Shown piece after piece: positions 1-9,841 of a stretch of DNA of 64,000 bases. The notes under the pieces were generated by a model. The model had not been told where the DNA came from. It worked only from the letters and a program-made list of their open reading frames with translations, and did no database searches. Each line of letters opens with the position of its first letter. The stretch's first letter is position 1. The DNA comes from Candidatus Bathyarchaeia archaeon (GTDB lineage: Archaea; Thermoproteota; Bathyarchaeia; Bathyarchaeales; Bathycorpusculaceae), in assembly GCA_050010755.1 (NCBI GenBank), contig JBEKKK010000001.1, forward strand, positions 768,001 to 832,000, given 5' to 3'. A program made the translations under genes and the position numbers.

Positions 1-210
1 ATTCCGTTCTGCAAGGCGATTCTCCACAGGCCGGAAGCTGACAAGAAGCGCATTCGCAAAATCATCCTGGGGCTTATAGGGGACGTCTTTGGCGACGAGG
101 AGTTTGCTCTGAGAATGGTTCCTGAAGACGCAAGAAGGCTGATTTCGAACACTGATAACCCGTTGGAACTCGTTGAGAGTTTGTTTTTCGCTTCAATGTA
201 TTCAGAATGA
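1..210 (+). CDS. 3' end of a hypothetical protein, truncated by the window edge
   Basis: Frame 1 is open from base 1 (IPFCKAILHRPEADKKRIRKIILGLIGDVFG...FASMYSE) to TGA at 208-210. Confidence 0.5.
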   Translation: MPFCKAILHRPEADKKRIRKIILGLIGDVFGDEEFALRMVPEDARRLISNTDNPLELVESLFFASMYSE

Positions 211-518
211 CTGCGCTTGCAGGTCAGACCATACTGGTACCTCAGAAGTGGGCTTCTCAGGAAATCAATTGAATAGTTCTTAGCGCGTGCTATATGAGTT
301 ACGCAAAACCTTTTTTTCTCGACTCTGTTGAATGCCTATCCTTCTTGAGTGTGAGTAACTCGTAACCGATGTAATCATGATAACTACTTGGATTTGATTC
401 GTGTTTGCTCCCTGCCGCGCGTGCTGAAAAGGCAGATAAGGTTGGTTAACCTATCTTCTGCAGGATGGGATTAATGACTTCGCAGAGCTACTTTTCTTTG
501 CTTTTGACTCTTGCAAAA

Positions 519-1868
519 ATGACCCAGAAAATTACTACAGAATTTAATGAAAAAGGGCAGATAAGAAAAATCAAAATGCCATATCTCAAAGAAAAGATTA
601 CGCGGTTTGAATACAAAGAAGGAAGCATTGCTCGGCAGTGGAGCTATGAACAAATCGTCAAAGAAGAGTGGGTCTGGGAGGACCTAGTCAGAATAATCGC
701 GCCCGAGGCAAAAAAACTGGAAAGTTTTCCAAAAAGCGTCCAACAATTATCTGAGGTTTTTAAGGTTGATGTTACCCAAGCTGAATTTTGGGTATCTCGT
801 TTTGTTGACGTAATTGCCAAAGAAACTTTGGAAAATGCCAATGAAGACAGAATTGCAGAATTGACTTTTTCCTTTGTGAGAGACCTAGAAGGTTCTCCAA
901 GAACATGGTCTCCTAGACTGTGGCTTAAAGGAATATGGATGGTTGATGATGTTGTTGAAGTCTCTGAAAGTTTGCGATTTACAAAACCAGCGGCTGTTGA
1001 TCTTGAAAGAGAATGGAACTTGCGCATGTTCCCTTTTTTTTATGAAAATTGGCTACGTAATGACCCGAGCGCGATACTGGATGTATCATTCCGTGCTAAG
1101 AACCAGCCTGAAATGCAAAAGGAAATTGAAAAGCTGATGTTGGTGCTTCGTCTGTTCAGGGTTGGTTCAGTTTCCAACGTTAGAACAGTATGGAAGTCTG
1201 AGTCTATACTCGAATTTGGAGTAGGTGGCGTCTCCTTTGGGGGTCTATTATCTGAAAGTTATAAGTATTCCCTTTCAAAAGCAGATGTTCCCAAACTCAA
1301 AGAATTCTTTGAAAAGATAATTCCTCTTATTCCTCCGAACTTGTATGACCCTGCGATAAAACCAGTGGATTACTCCGTGATAGCTGTTCAAAGATACAAC
1401 GATGCAATTTCGAAGCCTGAGATATTTGAAAGCCGACTCAGTTTTGCAATAATGGCTCTAGAAGCGTTGTATTTGAAGGAAAACGAGCGTGAAGAACTAG
1501 AGCATCGTCTGAGTCAAAGGTTAGCTCGACTCTTGAGTTTTTGCCGCTATGAGCCAATCGAGGTTTACAACACAATGAAAGAGTCCTACGGATTGCGCAG
1601 CAGTTTCGTTCACGGTTCGCCAATCCCTGAGGAAAAGTTGAAAGGCATAGCGAAAATGGGTCAAGAAGTCATTGAATACGCGCGTTTATCAATTGTTTTG
1701 TTCTTGTTGCTAAAACAAGTGACTGAAAAAGACAAGTTTCTCAGTCTGATTGACCACTCATTGCTAAGCGAAAATGCTGTTGACAAGCTTGACAAAACTC
1801 TTAAAGAACACTGCACCATTTGTCTGGTTCAAGATTTAAGGTCCACTGAGGCTACTTCAAAGCCGTGA
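519..1868 (+). CDS. HEPN-domain protein (ApeA-like HEPN), possible RNase/defence effector
   Basis: C-terminal 'FAIMALEALY...LSQRLARLL...YGLRSSFVHG' carries the HEPN R-x4-H motif. AT-richer than neighbours. ORF track starts at 465; ATG 519 chosen as the more likely start. Confidence 0.75.
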   Translation: MTQKITTEFNEKGQIRKIKMPYLKEKITRFEYKEGSIARQWSYEQIVKEEWVWEDLVRIIAPEAKKLESFPKSVQQLSEVFKVDVTQAEFWVSRFVDVIAKETLENANEDRIAELTFSFVRDLEGSPRTWSPRLWLKGIWMVDDVVEVSESLRFTKPAAVDLEREWNLRMFPFFYENWLRNDPSAILDVSFRAKNQPEMQKEIEKLMLVLRLFRVGSVSNVRTVWKSESILEFGVGGVSFGGLLSESYKYSLSKADVPKLKEFFEKIIPLIPPNLYDPAIKPVDYSVIAVQRYNDAISKPEIFESRLSFAIMALEALYLKENEREELEHRLSQRLARLLSFCRYEPIEVYNTMKESYGLRSSFVHGSPIPEEKLKGIAKMGQEVIEYARLSIVLFLLLKQVTEKDKFLSLIDHSLLSENAVDKLDKTLKEHCTICLVQDLRSTEATSKP

Positions 1869-1922
1869 AAAACCTCAAAAAGTTACTGCGCATTTCATCT
1901 TTAGCGCGCGCTGCATTTTCTG

Positions 1923-1957
1923 CCTAGGTTGCAACCCAAGCACAGAGAGAACCTAGG
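1923..1957. terminator. Inverted repeat between convergent genes, possible terminator hairpin
   Basis: CCTAGGTT (1923-1930) ... AACCTAGG (1950-1957) between the HEPN and recombinase stop codons. Confidence 0.3.
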
Positions 1958-1966
1958 GGGCTAGGG

Positions 1967-3268
1967 TCAGTGTTCGACCACAATCTTCCCGCTGGCCAGG
2001 GACGTGACCACTTTCCAGCCATTCTTTAGGCATTCAGTCAACTCTGTTTCGGTTACAAGTTTCTGACAATGTTCGCCGTCGGGGCAATCTTCTTTCTGCT
2101 TATTCACCTGTCCCTTGGGCCGCTTGGCGCGGAGGACTTTGCCCACGTTCTCAGCGTCTCGTAACTGAATCCCTGCCCGCTTTGCTGCGTCACGTTGGTC
2201 AGGTGATAAGCTCTCCTTGAACTTTTCCAAGGCCTTGAGTCTCTCTGAGAACTCAAACGTTACCGTCGGTATCTCACTTGTAAATTCCAAAATCTGAACT
2301 GCCTCAGCGAACTTGCTCCGCAGCTGGTCAATCGCTGGCCTTGAATATGGAGCCTCTTCGCCCCGGACTTTTCGGCCTCTGATTTTCCTGGCCCAGTTTG
2401 GAGGCATTCGGATTTCTTCCATCGCTGTGTTTACGTAGCGTCTTGCATCATGCCAATTAAATGTGACACCGGCTTCTTTTGCCAAGCTCCACATCAGTTT
2501 GCCCATATGACCGTATTTGAGCGGGCCGTATGGAGATTGCGCTGAAAGAAAGATGTGGTCCTCAGGTGTAAGTCTTCTTCTCATTCTTGATTCGACCCAT
2601 TCTTTATAGTTTAACAAGTCGCGTTTGGCTTCGGGCGTGAGGAAGGTTATCTGTCTAACGTCTTTGTATCTTCCGATTCCATGCCCCTTTAAGAGCTCAG
2701 GAGGGATGTTAATGCATGGCAAGTCAATTTTTTCCCATCCTTCTTCAAGGTGTTTCCATTGAATCCGCGAAATAGTTTCTTTCGCGATGGCTGTGCTGCA
2801 CACGAAGGTTATGAGTGATTTGTCCCTTGGATTGAGAGCCCAGTTCCAAAGCTTGCGCAAGTCGGCTTTCCGAGGCATGTTGTACGGTCTCACTTTTTCA
2901 ACATTCAATGCGCCCGAGGCTTTGGCGAGGTCGATGTAGTTGTGCTTGAAGAAACTCTTGACTGCAGTGATTAGATGAAATTTCACAGCGTTCGTGAAAC
3001 CCACATTCTCTGTTGACACAAGCTCGTCCAGCAACTTCTCAACTTCCTTGTTTGAGGTTTCCATTTTCAGCAGCTCAGATGGTGTTTTTGCGGCCCATTC
3101 GCAGAACCTATAGAGACTGAAGGCGTTCATCGTCTTGTCTTGGAGTTTGGCAAGCCAACGTTTCACTTCTGGGTACTGGTCTGCCCACAGAGGAATAACA
3201 TTTGAGCTTTTCATCTTCTCAGCTACCTCGGTTGGCTTCTTGCCTTTCGGTCCTACATTACTCGTCAT
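1967..3268 (-). CDS. Tyrosine recombinase/integrase family protein with atypical catalytic residues
   Basis: SAM-like N-domain ('AVKSFFKHN'), box I-like 'PRDKSLITFVCSTAIAKETI', Lys in 'LKG', 'HDARRY' (HxxR) and Tyr in 'APYSRP'. Confidence 0.85.
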   Translation of the reverse strand: MTSNVGPKGKKPTEVAEKMKSSNVIPLWADQYPEVKRWLAKLQDKTMNAFSLYRFCEWAAKTPSELLKMETSNKEVEKLLDELVSTENVGFTNAVKFHLITAVKSFFKHNYIDLAKASGALNVEKVRPYNMPRKADLRKLWNWALNPRDKSLITFVCSTAIAKETISRIQWKHLEEGWEKIDLPCINIPPELLKGHGIGRYKDVRQITFLTPEAKRDLLNYKEWVESRMRRRLTPEDHIFLSAQSPYGPLKYGHMGKLMWSLAKEAGVTFNWHDARRYVNTAMEEIRMPPNWARKIRGRKVRGEEAPYSRPAIDQLRSKFAEAVQILEFTSEIPTVTFEFSERLKALEKFKESLSPDQRDAAKRAGIQLRDAENVGKVLRAKRPKGQVNKQKEDCPDGEHCQKLVTETELTECLKNGWKVVTSLASGKIVVEH

Positions 3269-3460
3269 CCCAGACGCCTCGAAAAATGATGTACGCAGCC
3301 GAGTACTTATAGTTGCTTACTGTTTTCCTATACAACAACAGTTGAATCTTACCGACTTCACTTTTTGATGTCTGGTCCATGCTTTTGCTGTATGTGTGGT
3401 GAACAAGTCTACGACAAGACTTATTAAATCGTAAGACGTGCGATTATTCTGTGATACCGA

Positions 3461-3799
3461 ATGGAGACAGTGACACAGCAAAAGTCCAGCAACAATGATG
3501 CCGTCCTGGCAGTAATAGACAGGGTTCTGAACCAAGTTTTCGGGAAAGAAGCCACGATTCTGATATTCAGGTACATGGAACAAAACTACTCCTTGAACCG
3601 CAGTGAAGTCAGCGACAAGATTGAATTGTTCGCACAGGGATTAGAGGACTTCCTGAGATCGGGCGCAACCATAATCGAGAGAAAGATTCTCGAAGACATA
3701 ACCTCCGATTGCAACCAGCTTCGCAGAATGGAACTTGAGAACGTTGAGGACGAACCGAGTTTTGTCGCTCAAATGAAAATAGCCATGCACAGATCTTAA
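3461..3799 (+). CDS. Conserved archaeal hypothetical protein (DUF3227/NitrOD5-like helical domain)
   Basis: 112-aa ORF; 'IDRVLNQVFGKEAT...IELFAQGLEDFLRSGATIIERKIL' resembles this archaeal output-domain family. Confidence 0.55.
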   Translation: METVTQQKSSNNDAVLAVIDRVLNQVFGKEATILIFRYMEQNYSLNRSEVSDKIELFAQGLEDFLRSGATIIERKILEDITSDCNQLRRMELENVEDEPSFVAQMKIAMHRS

Positions 3800-3938
3800 T
3801 CATTTTTCATTTAATGTGCCAAACGTCTCGCGCAGCATAATTGTTTTTCTTTTCATAAGCCATGCGCGCGTTGACAGTTTTATAAGTCCTAATGAACATT
3901 CTTCTGGAAGTAGATGTTTCGAAGCGGAAGCAGAAGAT

Positions 3939-5324
3939 TTGAAAGACGTTTTATCTAAGGTAATCGAAACTGCCGTTAAGGCTTTCAAGGCTGAATACGT
4001 CGAGGTTCGTGCGCAGAAACTCTACAAGACAGCGGTCACCGTTAAGGAAGCTCGTGTTGAAGCGGCAAAACAGGGAATTGAAAATGGCGCGGCACTCCGC
4101 GTCCTCGTTAAAGGTGCTTGGGGATTTGCTTCTGTAGGCACTCTGGATGTTCAAGCTTTGAGTGATGCTGTCTCAGACGCGTGCAGAATGGCCAAAGCCG
4201 CGAGCGCAAGACGCAGATTGCCCGTGAAGCTTGCTCAAACTAAGACCGTTGAAGACAAGATTGTGTCGAAACCAAGAAAAGACCCAGCAGAAGTACCTGT
4301 TGAAAACAAGATGAACCTGCTGCTGAGTGTCAACAACACTGCCTTACGAGAGGACAACCGTGTCAAGAGTGTGACTACAAACTATCTTGATCTGACAGGC
4401 ATGAGTTATTTCATCAACAGCGAACATACGTACATCGAACAGGACAAACTTTATGTTTTTTTGGGGGTTTCCGTTACTGCCAAAGAAAACAATCTCTTTA
4501 CTTTCAGCAGTGAAGCCGTAGGGTCTACGTCTGGATATGAGGTGTTCGACGTTGAAACGCCCACTAAGGTGGGGGAAACCGTTGCTAGACGTGCAACTGC
4601 GCAGCTGAAGGCGAAACCTCCTAGAGGAGGTACGTTCCCAGTGGTTCTCGCTCCGAACGTGGTCGGCACGTTGGTTCATGAGGCCTTTGGACACTTGGCT
4701 GAGGCCGATCTCACGCTGGCTGGGTCGGTTTTGTCCGATAAGCTCGAGAAGAGGGTGGCTTCCAACGTCGTGACTTTCTATGACGATGGAACGGTAAACG
4801 GTGCTTTTGGCTCCTTCAAGTATGATGATGAGGGCGTTCAGGCGCAGAAGACGCTGCTCGTCAAAGACGGTGTATTGGTCGGGCTGATGCACAACCGCGA
4901 GACGGCTCAACAGCTCAGTGCAGATCCAACAGGCAATGCGAGGGCCGAAGACTTTCACTTTGAACCAATAGTTCGGATGCGGAACACGTTCATCGAAGCG
5001 AGGGATTACACGTTTGAAGAGCTGATTGAAGACGTGAAATTTGGTTATTACCTGAAGAGCTTCCGCGGCGGCGAAGCTAACTTGGACGGTACTTTCCAAG
5101 TTGGAATTCAAGAGGCCTATGAAATTGTTAGGGGAGAGGTCGGCGAACCCGTCAGAAATGCCTCCATAAGTGGCAACACGCTTGAAACACTGTTCAAGAT
5201 AGACGCCGTAGGAAAAGAGTTTGAACTCTGGCCTGGCCTCTGCGGCAAGGGTCAATCAGCATGTGTGGGTGACGGCGGTGCCCATACTAGAGTGAGGGAG
5301 GTGATGGTCGGTGGCAGCTCTTAG
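3939..5324 (+). CDS. tldD: TldD metalloprotease, catalytic subunit
   Basis: 'VHEAFGH' zinc motif, 'YDDEG', 'GNAR', 'RMRNT', 'CGK'. Start TTG 3939 inferred (ORF track starts at 3816). Confidence 0.92.
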   Translation: MKDVLSKVIETAVKAFKAEYVEVRAQKLYKTAVTVKEARVEAAKQGIENGAALRVLVKGAWGFASVGTLDVQALSDAVSDACRMAKAASARRRLPVKLAQTKTVEDKIVSKPRKDPAEVPVENKMNLLLSVNNTALREDNRVKSVTTNYLDLTGMSYFINSEHTYIEQDKLYVFLGVSVTAKENNLFTFSSEAVGSTSGYEVFDVETPTKVGETVARRATAQLKAKPPRGGTFPVVLAPNVVGTLVHEAFGHLAEADLTLAGSVLSDKLEKRVASNVVTFYDDGTVNGAFGSFKYDDEGVQAQKTLLVKDGVLVGLMHNRETAQQLSADPTGNARAEDFHFEPIVRMRNTFIEARDYTFEELIEDVKFGYYLKSFRGGEANLDGTFQVGIQEAYEIVRGEVGEPVRNASISGNTLETLFKIDAVGKEFELWPGLCGKGQSACVGDGGAHTRVREVMVGGSS

Positions 5325-6675
5325 ACAGGAAGAGCTACTTCGTCTGGCTGAAAGAGCATCCGAACTCGCATTGAAAAAAGGAGCGAGCGAGGCTGAAGCG
5401 TACGTCTTTCAGGACTTGAGCACGTATGTCAGCATTGAAAGAGGACAGATTTCAAAGACCTCTCGAACGTTTGACAGAGGATTGGGCTGCAGGGCAATAG
5501 TCAACAAGTCTCTGGGTTTTTGTTACACGAACGTACTTGAGAGTGAAAATGCCGTAGAAGAAACAGTTCTCAAGGCATTGGATTTTGCGCGAGCAAACAG
5601 ACCAGACGATAACTGGCGTGGTCTCCCAGCTGAGAAACCCTTCCCGACTGTGAAAGACACTTACGACAGCAGAATAGAGAACCTGCGCGTGGAAAACCTG
5701 GTCGAAACAGCCTCTGTAATGTTAGACGCTGCAGAAAAAAAGGATAAACGCGCCTTTCCAATAGAAGGCGAAGTGCGCGCGAGCAGCTTGTCCGCCGCTC
5801 TTGCGAACTCGAACCGTGTCTCTGTTGACGACAGAGGGACCATGATTGAATGTAGTCTGGCGACGATAGGCCACGAAGCAGACGAAGTGACGCCAGTATG
5901 CTTCGAGTTCAACCTCGAAAGAACCTACGACATTGATGCTGCCGCGGTCGGCGAAGAAGCGGCCAGGCTTGCGGTTTCAGCGTTGAAGGCCAAAAAGACA
6001 GAGACAAAGGAGACTACGGTAATACTTACCCAGTTTGCTCTGCAACAGTTGCTATCTTACACTCTCATCAGCGCCATCAGCGCGGATCGCGTGCAGAGAG
6101 ACCAATCCTTCTTCAGAGGCCGAGTTGGCGAAAAAGTGGCGTCAGAAATTGTGACCGTTTATGACGATGGCCTTTTGCCCGGCGGCATCCGCACTTGGAA
6201 GTCTGACGGCGAAGGCGTTCCTCAGCAAAAAACGCTCATCATCGAAAAAGGAGTCCTCCGAGGCTTCATCTACGACAATTACGCGGCCAGAAAGGAAGGA
6301 AGAGAAAGCACTGGAAACGGTGCAAGAGCAAGCTATTTGTCCACCCCGAGCGTTGACGCGACGAACCTACACTTTCAAGCTGGAACAGAATCGGCAGAAG
6401 CGCTCATCCGTGACGTACAGGAAGGGCTTCTAGTCAATTCGGTTCAGGGTGCACACACGAGCAATCCAGCCAGCGGAGAATTCAGTGTTGTTGCCACCCC
6501 CGCCTGGGCCATCAAGAACGGCGAAATTGCTTATCCAGTTAAGGGAGCGATGCTGTCTGGAGATGTCTTTCACATGTTAGCGAATGTATCCGGCTTGGCT
6601 AACAACGAGAGGAAAATCGGGCAGGTCGTCGCACCATGGGTCCGGGTGGAAAATGTTAAAATCATAGGAAAATAA
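5311..6675 (+). CDS. pmbA: TldE/PmbA protein
   Basis: 'DGEG', 'STGN', 'SGEFS' without HExxH; overlaps tldD. Confidence 0.9.
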   Translation: MAALRQEELLRLAERASELALKKGASEAEAYVFQDLSTYVSIERGQISKTSRTFDRGLGCRAIVNKSLGFCYTNVLESENAVEETVLKALDFARANRPDDNWRGLPAEKPFPTVKDTYDSRIENLRVENLVETASVMLDAAEKKDKRAFPIEGEVRASSLSAALANSNRVSVDDRGTMIECSLATIGHEADEVTPVCFEFNLERTYDIDAAAVGEEAARLAVSALKAKKTETKETTVILTQFALQQLLSYTLISAISADRVQRDQSFFRGRVGEKVASEIVTVYDDGLLPGGIRTWKSDGEGVPQQKTLIIEKGVLRGFIYDNYAARKEGRESTGNGARASYLSTPSVDATNLHFQAGTESAEALIRDVQEGLLVNSVQGAHTSNPASGEFSVVATPAWAIKNGEIAYPVKGAMLSGDVFHMLANVSGLANNERKIGQVVAPWVRVENVKIIGK

Positions 6676-6698
6676 ATAACTCAGTCCCTCATTAGAGC

Positions 6699-7658
6699 AT
6701 GGAGAAGGCGAAACGTTTGGCTGCACAGACAATGAGACAGAGACTGCTCAAGTATAACACGCCGCGCAGAGTGGTTCAGTTTCTGTCCTTCATCTTCTTC
6801 AGCTCAATAGTTTTCAGTCTCGGTGCGCTACCGCTGTTGTTTCCGGTTCTTTGGACGTGGGGCCTGAAGGCGAACAGCGTGGGTGACGCTTTCACGGCCA
6901 TGCAGCTGATGCCCACCGGATGGAACAACACCAGCATCCTTTTTCCTTGGATAGGATTAGCTTCGTTCCTTATCGTGGGTATACTCATCGGGAAATCGAT
7001 GTGCGGATGGGTCTGTCCCTTCGGCTTCGTCCAAGACATAATCGGTTTCTTTCGGCGTGAGCAGACTGATTTGTCACTGAGAACTCATGAAACCATGGTT
7101 TACGTGAAGTACATTGTTCTGGCAATTACGCTGTTCATCGTCGTCACTTTTTCAGCTTCAGAGATTGCGGGCGTCAGCGGAGGATACCAGAGTGGTCTCG
7201 GCATCTTTGCCTACGCGCCTTTCTCAACCTTGAGTCCGTCTGAAACCTTGTTCGCCACGTTGCCGAGTTATATTCACGGTTTCTCCGTTAACGTGTTTTC
7301 AAGCCAGGGCGTGAACGTGCTGAGCAGCATTTCGAGCTTGCCGGCGCTTTTTTGGATTCAATTTGCAGTAATGGTTTTTGTTCTGGCCTTTGTGTTCTAC
7401 GTGCCTCGAAGCTGGTGCAGGTACTTCTGCCCTCACGGAGCCATCATGGCTATCATGAACAATTTCAGCTTCCTCGGCTTGAAGAGAGAACCTACGAAAT
7501 GCGAGAAAGCTGGATGCGGCCTCTGCGTTCAGGTCTGTCCTACACGCGTTCCTATTCTGGACCTGCCTTGGGAAAAATTCAGCCATCCGGAGTGCATTTA
7601 CTGCATGCGATGCGCTGACGTTTGTGAACACGGAGCCATCAAGCCGACGTATCCCTAA
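6699..7658 (+). CDS. Membrane 4Fe-4S binding protein (NapH/MauN/YccM-like)
   Basis: TM helices, 'CGWVCPFG', 'CRYFCPHG', and C-terminal CxxCxxxCP and CxxCxxCxxxC ferredoxin motifs. Confidence 0.85.
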   Translation: MEKAKRLAAQTMRQRLLKYNTPRRVVQFLSFIFFSSIVFSLGALPLLFPVLWTWGLKANSVGDAFTAMQLMPTGWNNTSILFPWIGLASFLIVGILIGKSMCGWVCPFGFVQDIIGFFRREQTDLSLRTHETMVYVKYIVLAITLFIVVTFSASEIAGVSGGYQSGLGIFAYAPFSTLSPSETLFATLPSYIHGFSVNVFSSQGVNVLSSISSLPALFWIQFAVMVFVLAFVFYVPRSWCRYFCPHGAIMAIMNNFSFLGLKREPTKCEKAGCGLCVQVCPTRVPILDLPWEKFSHPECIYCMRCADVCEHGAIKPTYP

Positions 7659-7675
7659 GGTTCGTTGCGACGCTT

Positions 7676-8893
7676 TCAGTTTTTCCTTGCCCAGGGGCTT
7701 TTTGAGTATTCGTTCAGAACCGTTTCGTACACGTTTTTGGTTTGTTGAGCTATAGTGTCCCAGTTGTATTTCTCTTGGATTTTTCTTTGCGCATTGGCTC
7801 TCAAGCGGTTTGCTAAGGCCTCGTCCGTGAGCACCCTCGTTATTCCCCAGGAAAGTGAATCGGGGTTGCCGGAGTAAACTTTGATTCCGTCTACTTCGTG
7901 GTTGACTATTTCTGATAGGCCGCCGGCGTCTGAGACTACGACAGGGCTTCCTGCGGCCATGGCTTCGAGGGCTACTATTCCGAAGGGTTCGAAGAGGGAG
8001 GGCACGACTGAGACGTCGGCGCACTTCTGCAGTTTTCGCAGAGTTTCGTTGTCTAGGAAGCCAGTGAACATGACTTTGTGGGCTATTCCCAGCTGTTGAG
8101 CGAGGTTTGAAAGCTGGTCTCTCATGTATCCGTTTCCGACGAACACGAACTTCGCGTCTATTCCTTCCAGCACCTTTGGAATGGCGCTTACGAGCACGTG
8201 GGCTCCCTTTTCATGCACTAGTCTTCCCACGAAGAGCACGATCTTTTCTTGCGGCAAGGCGAACTTGTTTCGAAATTGGCTCAGGTCTTCGTTTTCTTTT
8301 TTCGCGTAGGCTTCGAAGTTGACGCCGTTTGGCACCATGACCAACTTGTCAGGTGGAAGTCCGAAGGCCCATTGTACGTGTGTTATCATGTAGTCGCTGC
8401 AGCATATGACCTTCCAGGCTTCGTAGGTCAGCCACCCCTCAGTTTCATGTATCATCCTCTCATAGTCGGTGTGAATGCCGTTTCTGCGGCCGATTTCTGT
8501 GGAGTGCATCGTGGCAAAGAACGGTTTTCTGAAGACGTGCTTCAATCCTATCCCAGCCGTCGCAACGAGCCAATCGTGAGCGTGGAACACGTCAATGGCT
8601 CCACCGAGGCTGTGGACGAGCGCGGCGGCCTCTTTCTGCATATTTACGTTCATGAGGTAAACCCATGTTGCAAAATCCGGCGCGGGGTTCTTGTACGAGT
8701 CCACGCGGTAGACCTCAACGCCGTCTACGATCTCATGCGGGGGAGCTCCTGGAAAATCGCATGTCACCACGTAGACTTTTACGCCGTGCTTGGCCAAGTT
8801 TCTGGAAAGGTTGTAAATGTGCGGGGATATTCCTCCTATGATTCTCGGCGGGAATTCCCAAGTGAGCATCATGACGCTCAATTCTCCGTTCAT
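7676..8893 (-). CDS. GT4 glycosyltransferase (glycogen-synthase-like), full length, copy 1
   Basis: 'WEFPPRIIGG', 'HAHDW', 'VGRLVHEKG', 'EPFGIVALEAMA'. Confidence 0.92.
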   Translation of the reverse strand: MNGELSVMMLTWEFPPRIIGGISPHIYNLSRNLAKHGVKVYVVTCDFPGAPPHEIVDGVEVYRVDSYKNPAPDFATWVYLMNVNMQKEAAALVHSLGGAIDVFHAHDWLVATAGIGLKHVFRKPFFATMHSTEIGRRNGIHTDYERMIHETEGWLTYEAWKVICCSDYMITHVQWAFGLPPDKLVMVPNGVNFEAYAKKENEDLSQFRNKFALPQEKIVLFVGRLVHEKGAHVLVSAIPKVLEGIDAKFVFVGNGYMRDQLSNLAQQLGIAHKVMFTGFLDNETLRKLQKCADVSVVPSLFEPFGIVALEAMAAGSPVVVSDAGGLSEIVNHEVDGIKVYSGNPDSLSWGITRVLTDEALANRLRANAQRKIQEKYNWDTIAQQTKNVYETVLNEYSKSPWARKN

Positions 8894-9507
8894 GCCGTGG
8901 CCCCCGAGTTTCTGTAGGTCTCCAGTATTTCTTTTATCCAGTTCTCAGATTTGGGCGATATGACTCTGATCTTGCCGGGCGGGGCTTTGTATATCCTGAT
9001 TATCTCTTCTTTCATCCATTCGGACTTGACGACTAGTTTTTCGGCTTCGGTTGTTCCAAGCCATTCGATGCTCTTTATCGACATGTTGAACGGTGAATTG
9101 GCGCCGTGAGAACGGTGTTCCTCCACGCTCTCGACGGAATAAATGAACGGGATGGCAAGTGCCCTTTTCAAAGTGACAGCGGCGGGTATGAAGTGCCAGT
9201 CATGTACGTCGATGAGATCAACTTGTTTGTCCGATGCGTAGTAGATGTTTGCGGCGACTCTTTCGACTTCTTGGTTCAAGGTGAGAACCCATGTTAGGAC
9301 GCCTATGTGAGTGTGAACAGGGTTAGTCACTCTGAAAGTCTTTACGCCCTCAGGCTCCTCATGCTCTCCGGTTAGAAAGTCATGATAGGTGACTACCCAT
9401 GCTTTCTCGTTGTTCTTAACAAGCTCAGTGGCTAATCTTTTCACGTAGTCTGCGAGTTCCCCGACGATTCTGGGCGGGTATTCCCAAGAAAATATCACAA
9501 TGTGCAT
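8890..9507 (-). CDS. GT4 N-terminal-domain-only protein (half GT-B), copy 1
   Basis: 'WEYPPRIVG' and 'DVHDW' present, donor-binding C-domain absent; ATGA overlap with the downstream GT4. Confidence 0.85.
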   Translation of the reverse strand: MHIVIFSWEYPPRIVGELADYVKRLATELVKNNEKAWVVTYHDFLTGEHEEPEGVKTFRVTNPVHTHIGVLTWVLTLNQEVERVAANIYYASDKQVDLIDVHDWHFIPAAVTLKRALAIPFIYSVESVEEHRSHGANSPFNMSIKSIEWLGTTEAEKLVVKSEWMKEEIIRIYKAPPGKIRVISPKSENWIKEILETYRNSGATA

Positions 9508-9517
9508 TGAGGTTTCA

Positions 9518-9769
9518 CTACGTGAAGATTGCGCAGATTTTTATTATCCCGCTCCCTGTTAGGTAGTACTTCTTCTTTCCTTCGTTATCCGTGAAGCTTT
9601 CGGCAAAGCCTTGGCGTTTGTAATCATCAAGAATTCTTTCCAACTCTTGCAGGTCAACCTGCATGACCTGCGACAGTTCTTCGCTTCGTCTGGCCAGCTC
9701 GGGAGATGTTGCACAGAGATTATGTAAAGTTTGCAAAATCTTCTCTGGAAGTGGAAGCGCTTCGCTCAT
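9518..9769 (-). CDS. Small winged-HTH protein, copy 1
   Basis: 83 aa; helix-turn-helix followed by the wing 'GKKKYYLTGSGI'; paralog of 38094-38354. Confidence 0.75.
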   Translation of the reverse strand: MSEALPLPEKILQTLHNLCATSPELARRSEELSQVMQVDLQELERILDDYKRQGFAESFTDNEGKKKYYLTGSGIIKICAIFT

Positions 9770-9841
9770 ACAATCACCTTAATTGTGCCCTGAAGCTATT
9801 GTTGGCGAGTTTTTCTTATAAAGGCATGTGCGCATCCGAAG

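Noticed and set aside
8890-9507. Half-GT4 genes as simple pseudogenes
   Set aside because: Three diverged copies share length, endpoint, C-terminal helix and coupling to a full GT4, and no remnant C-domain follows them.
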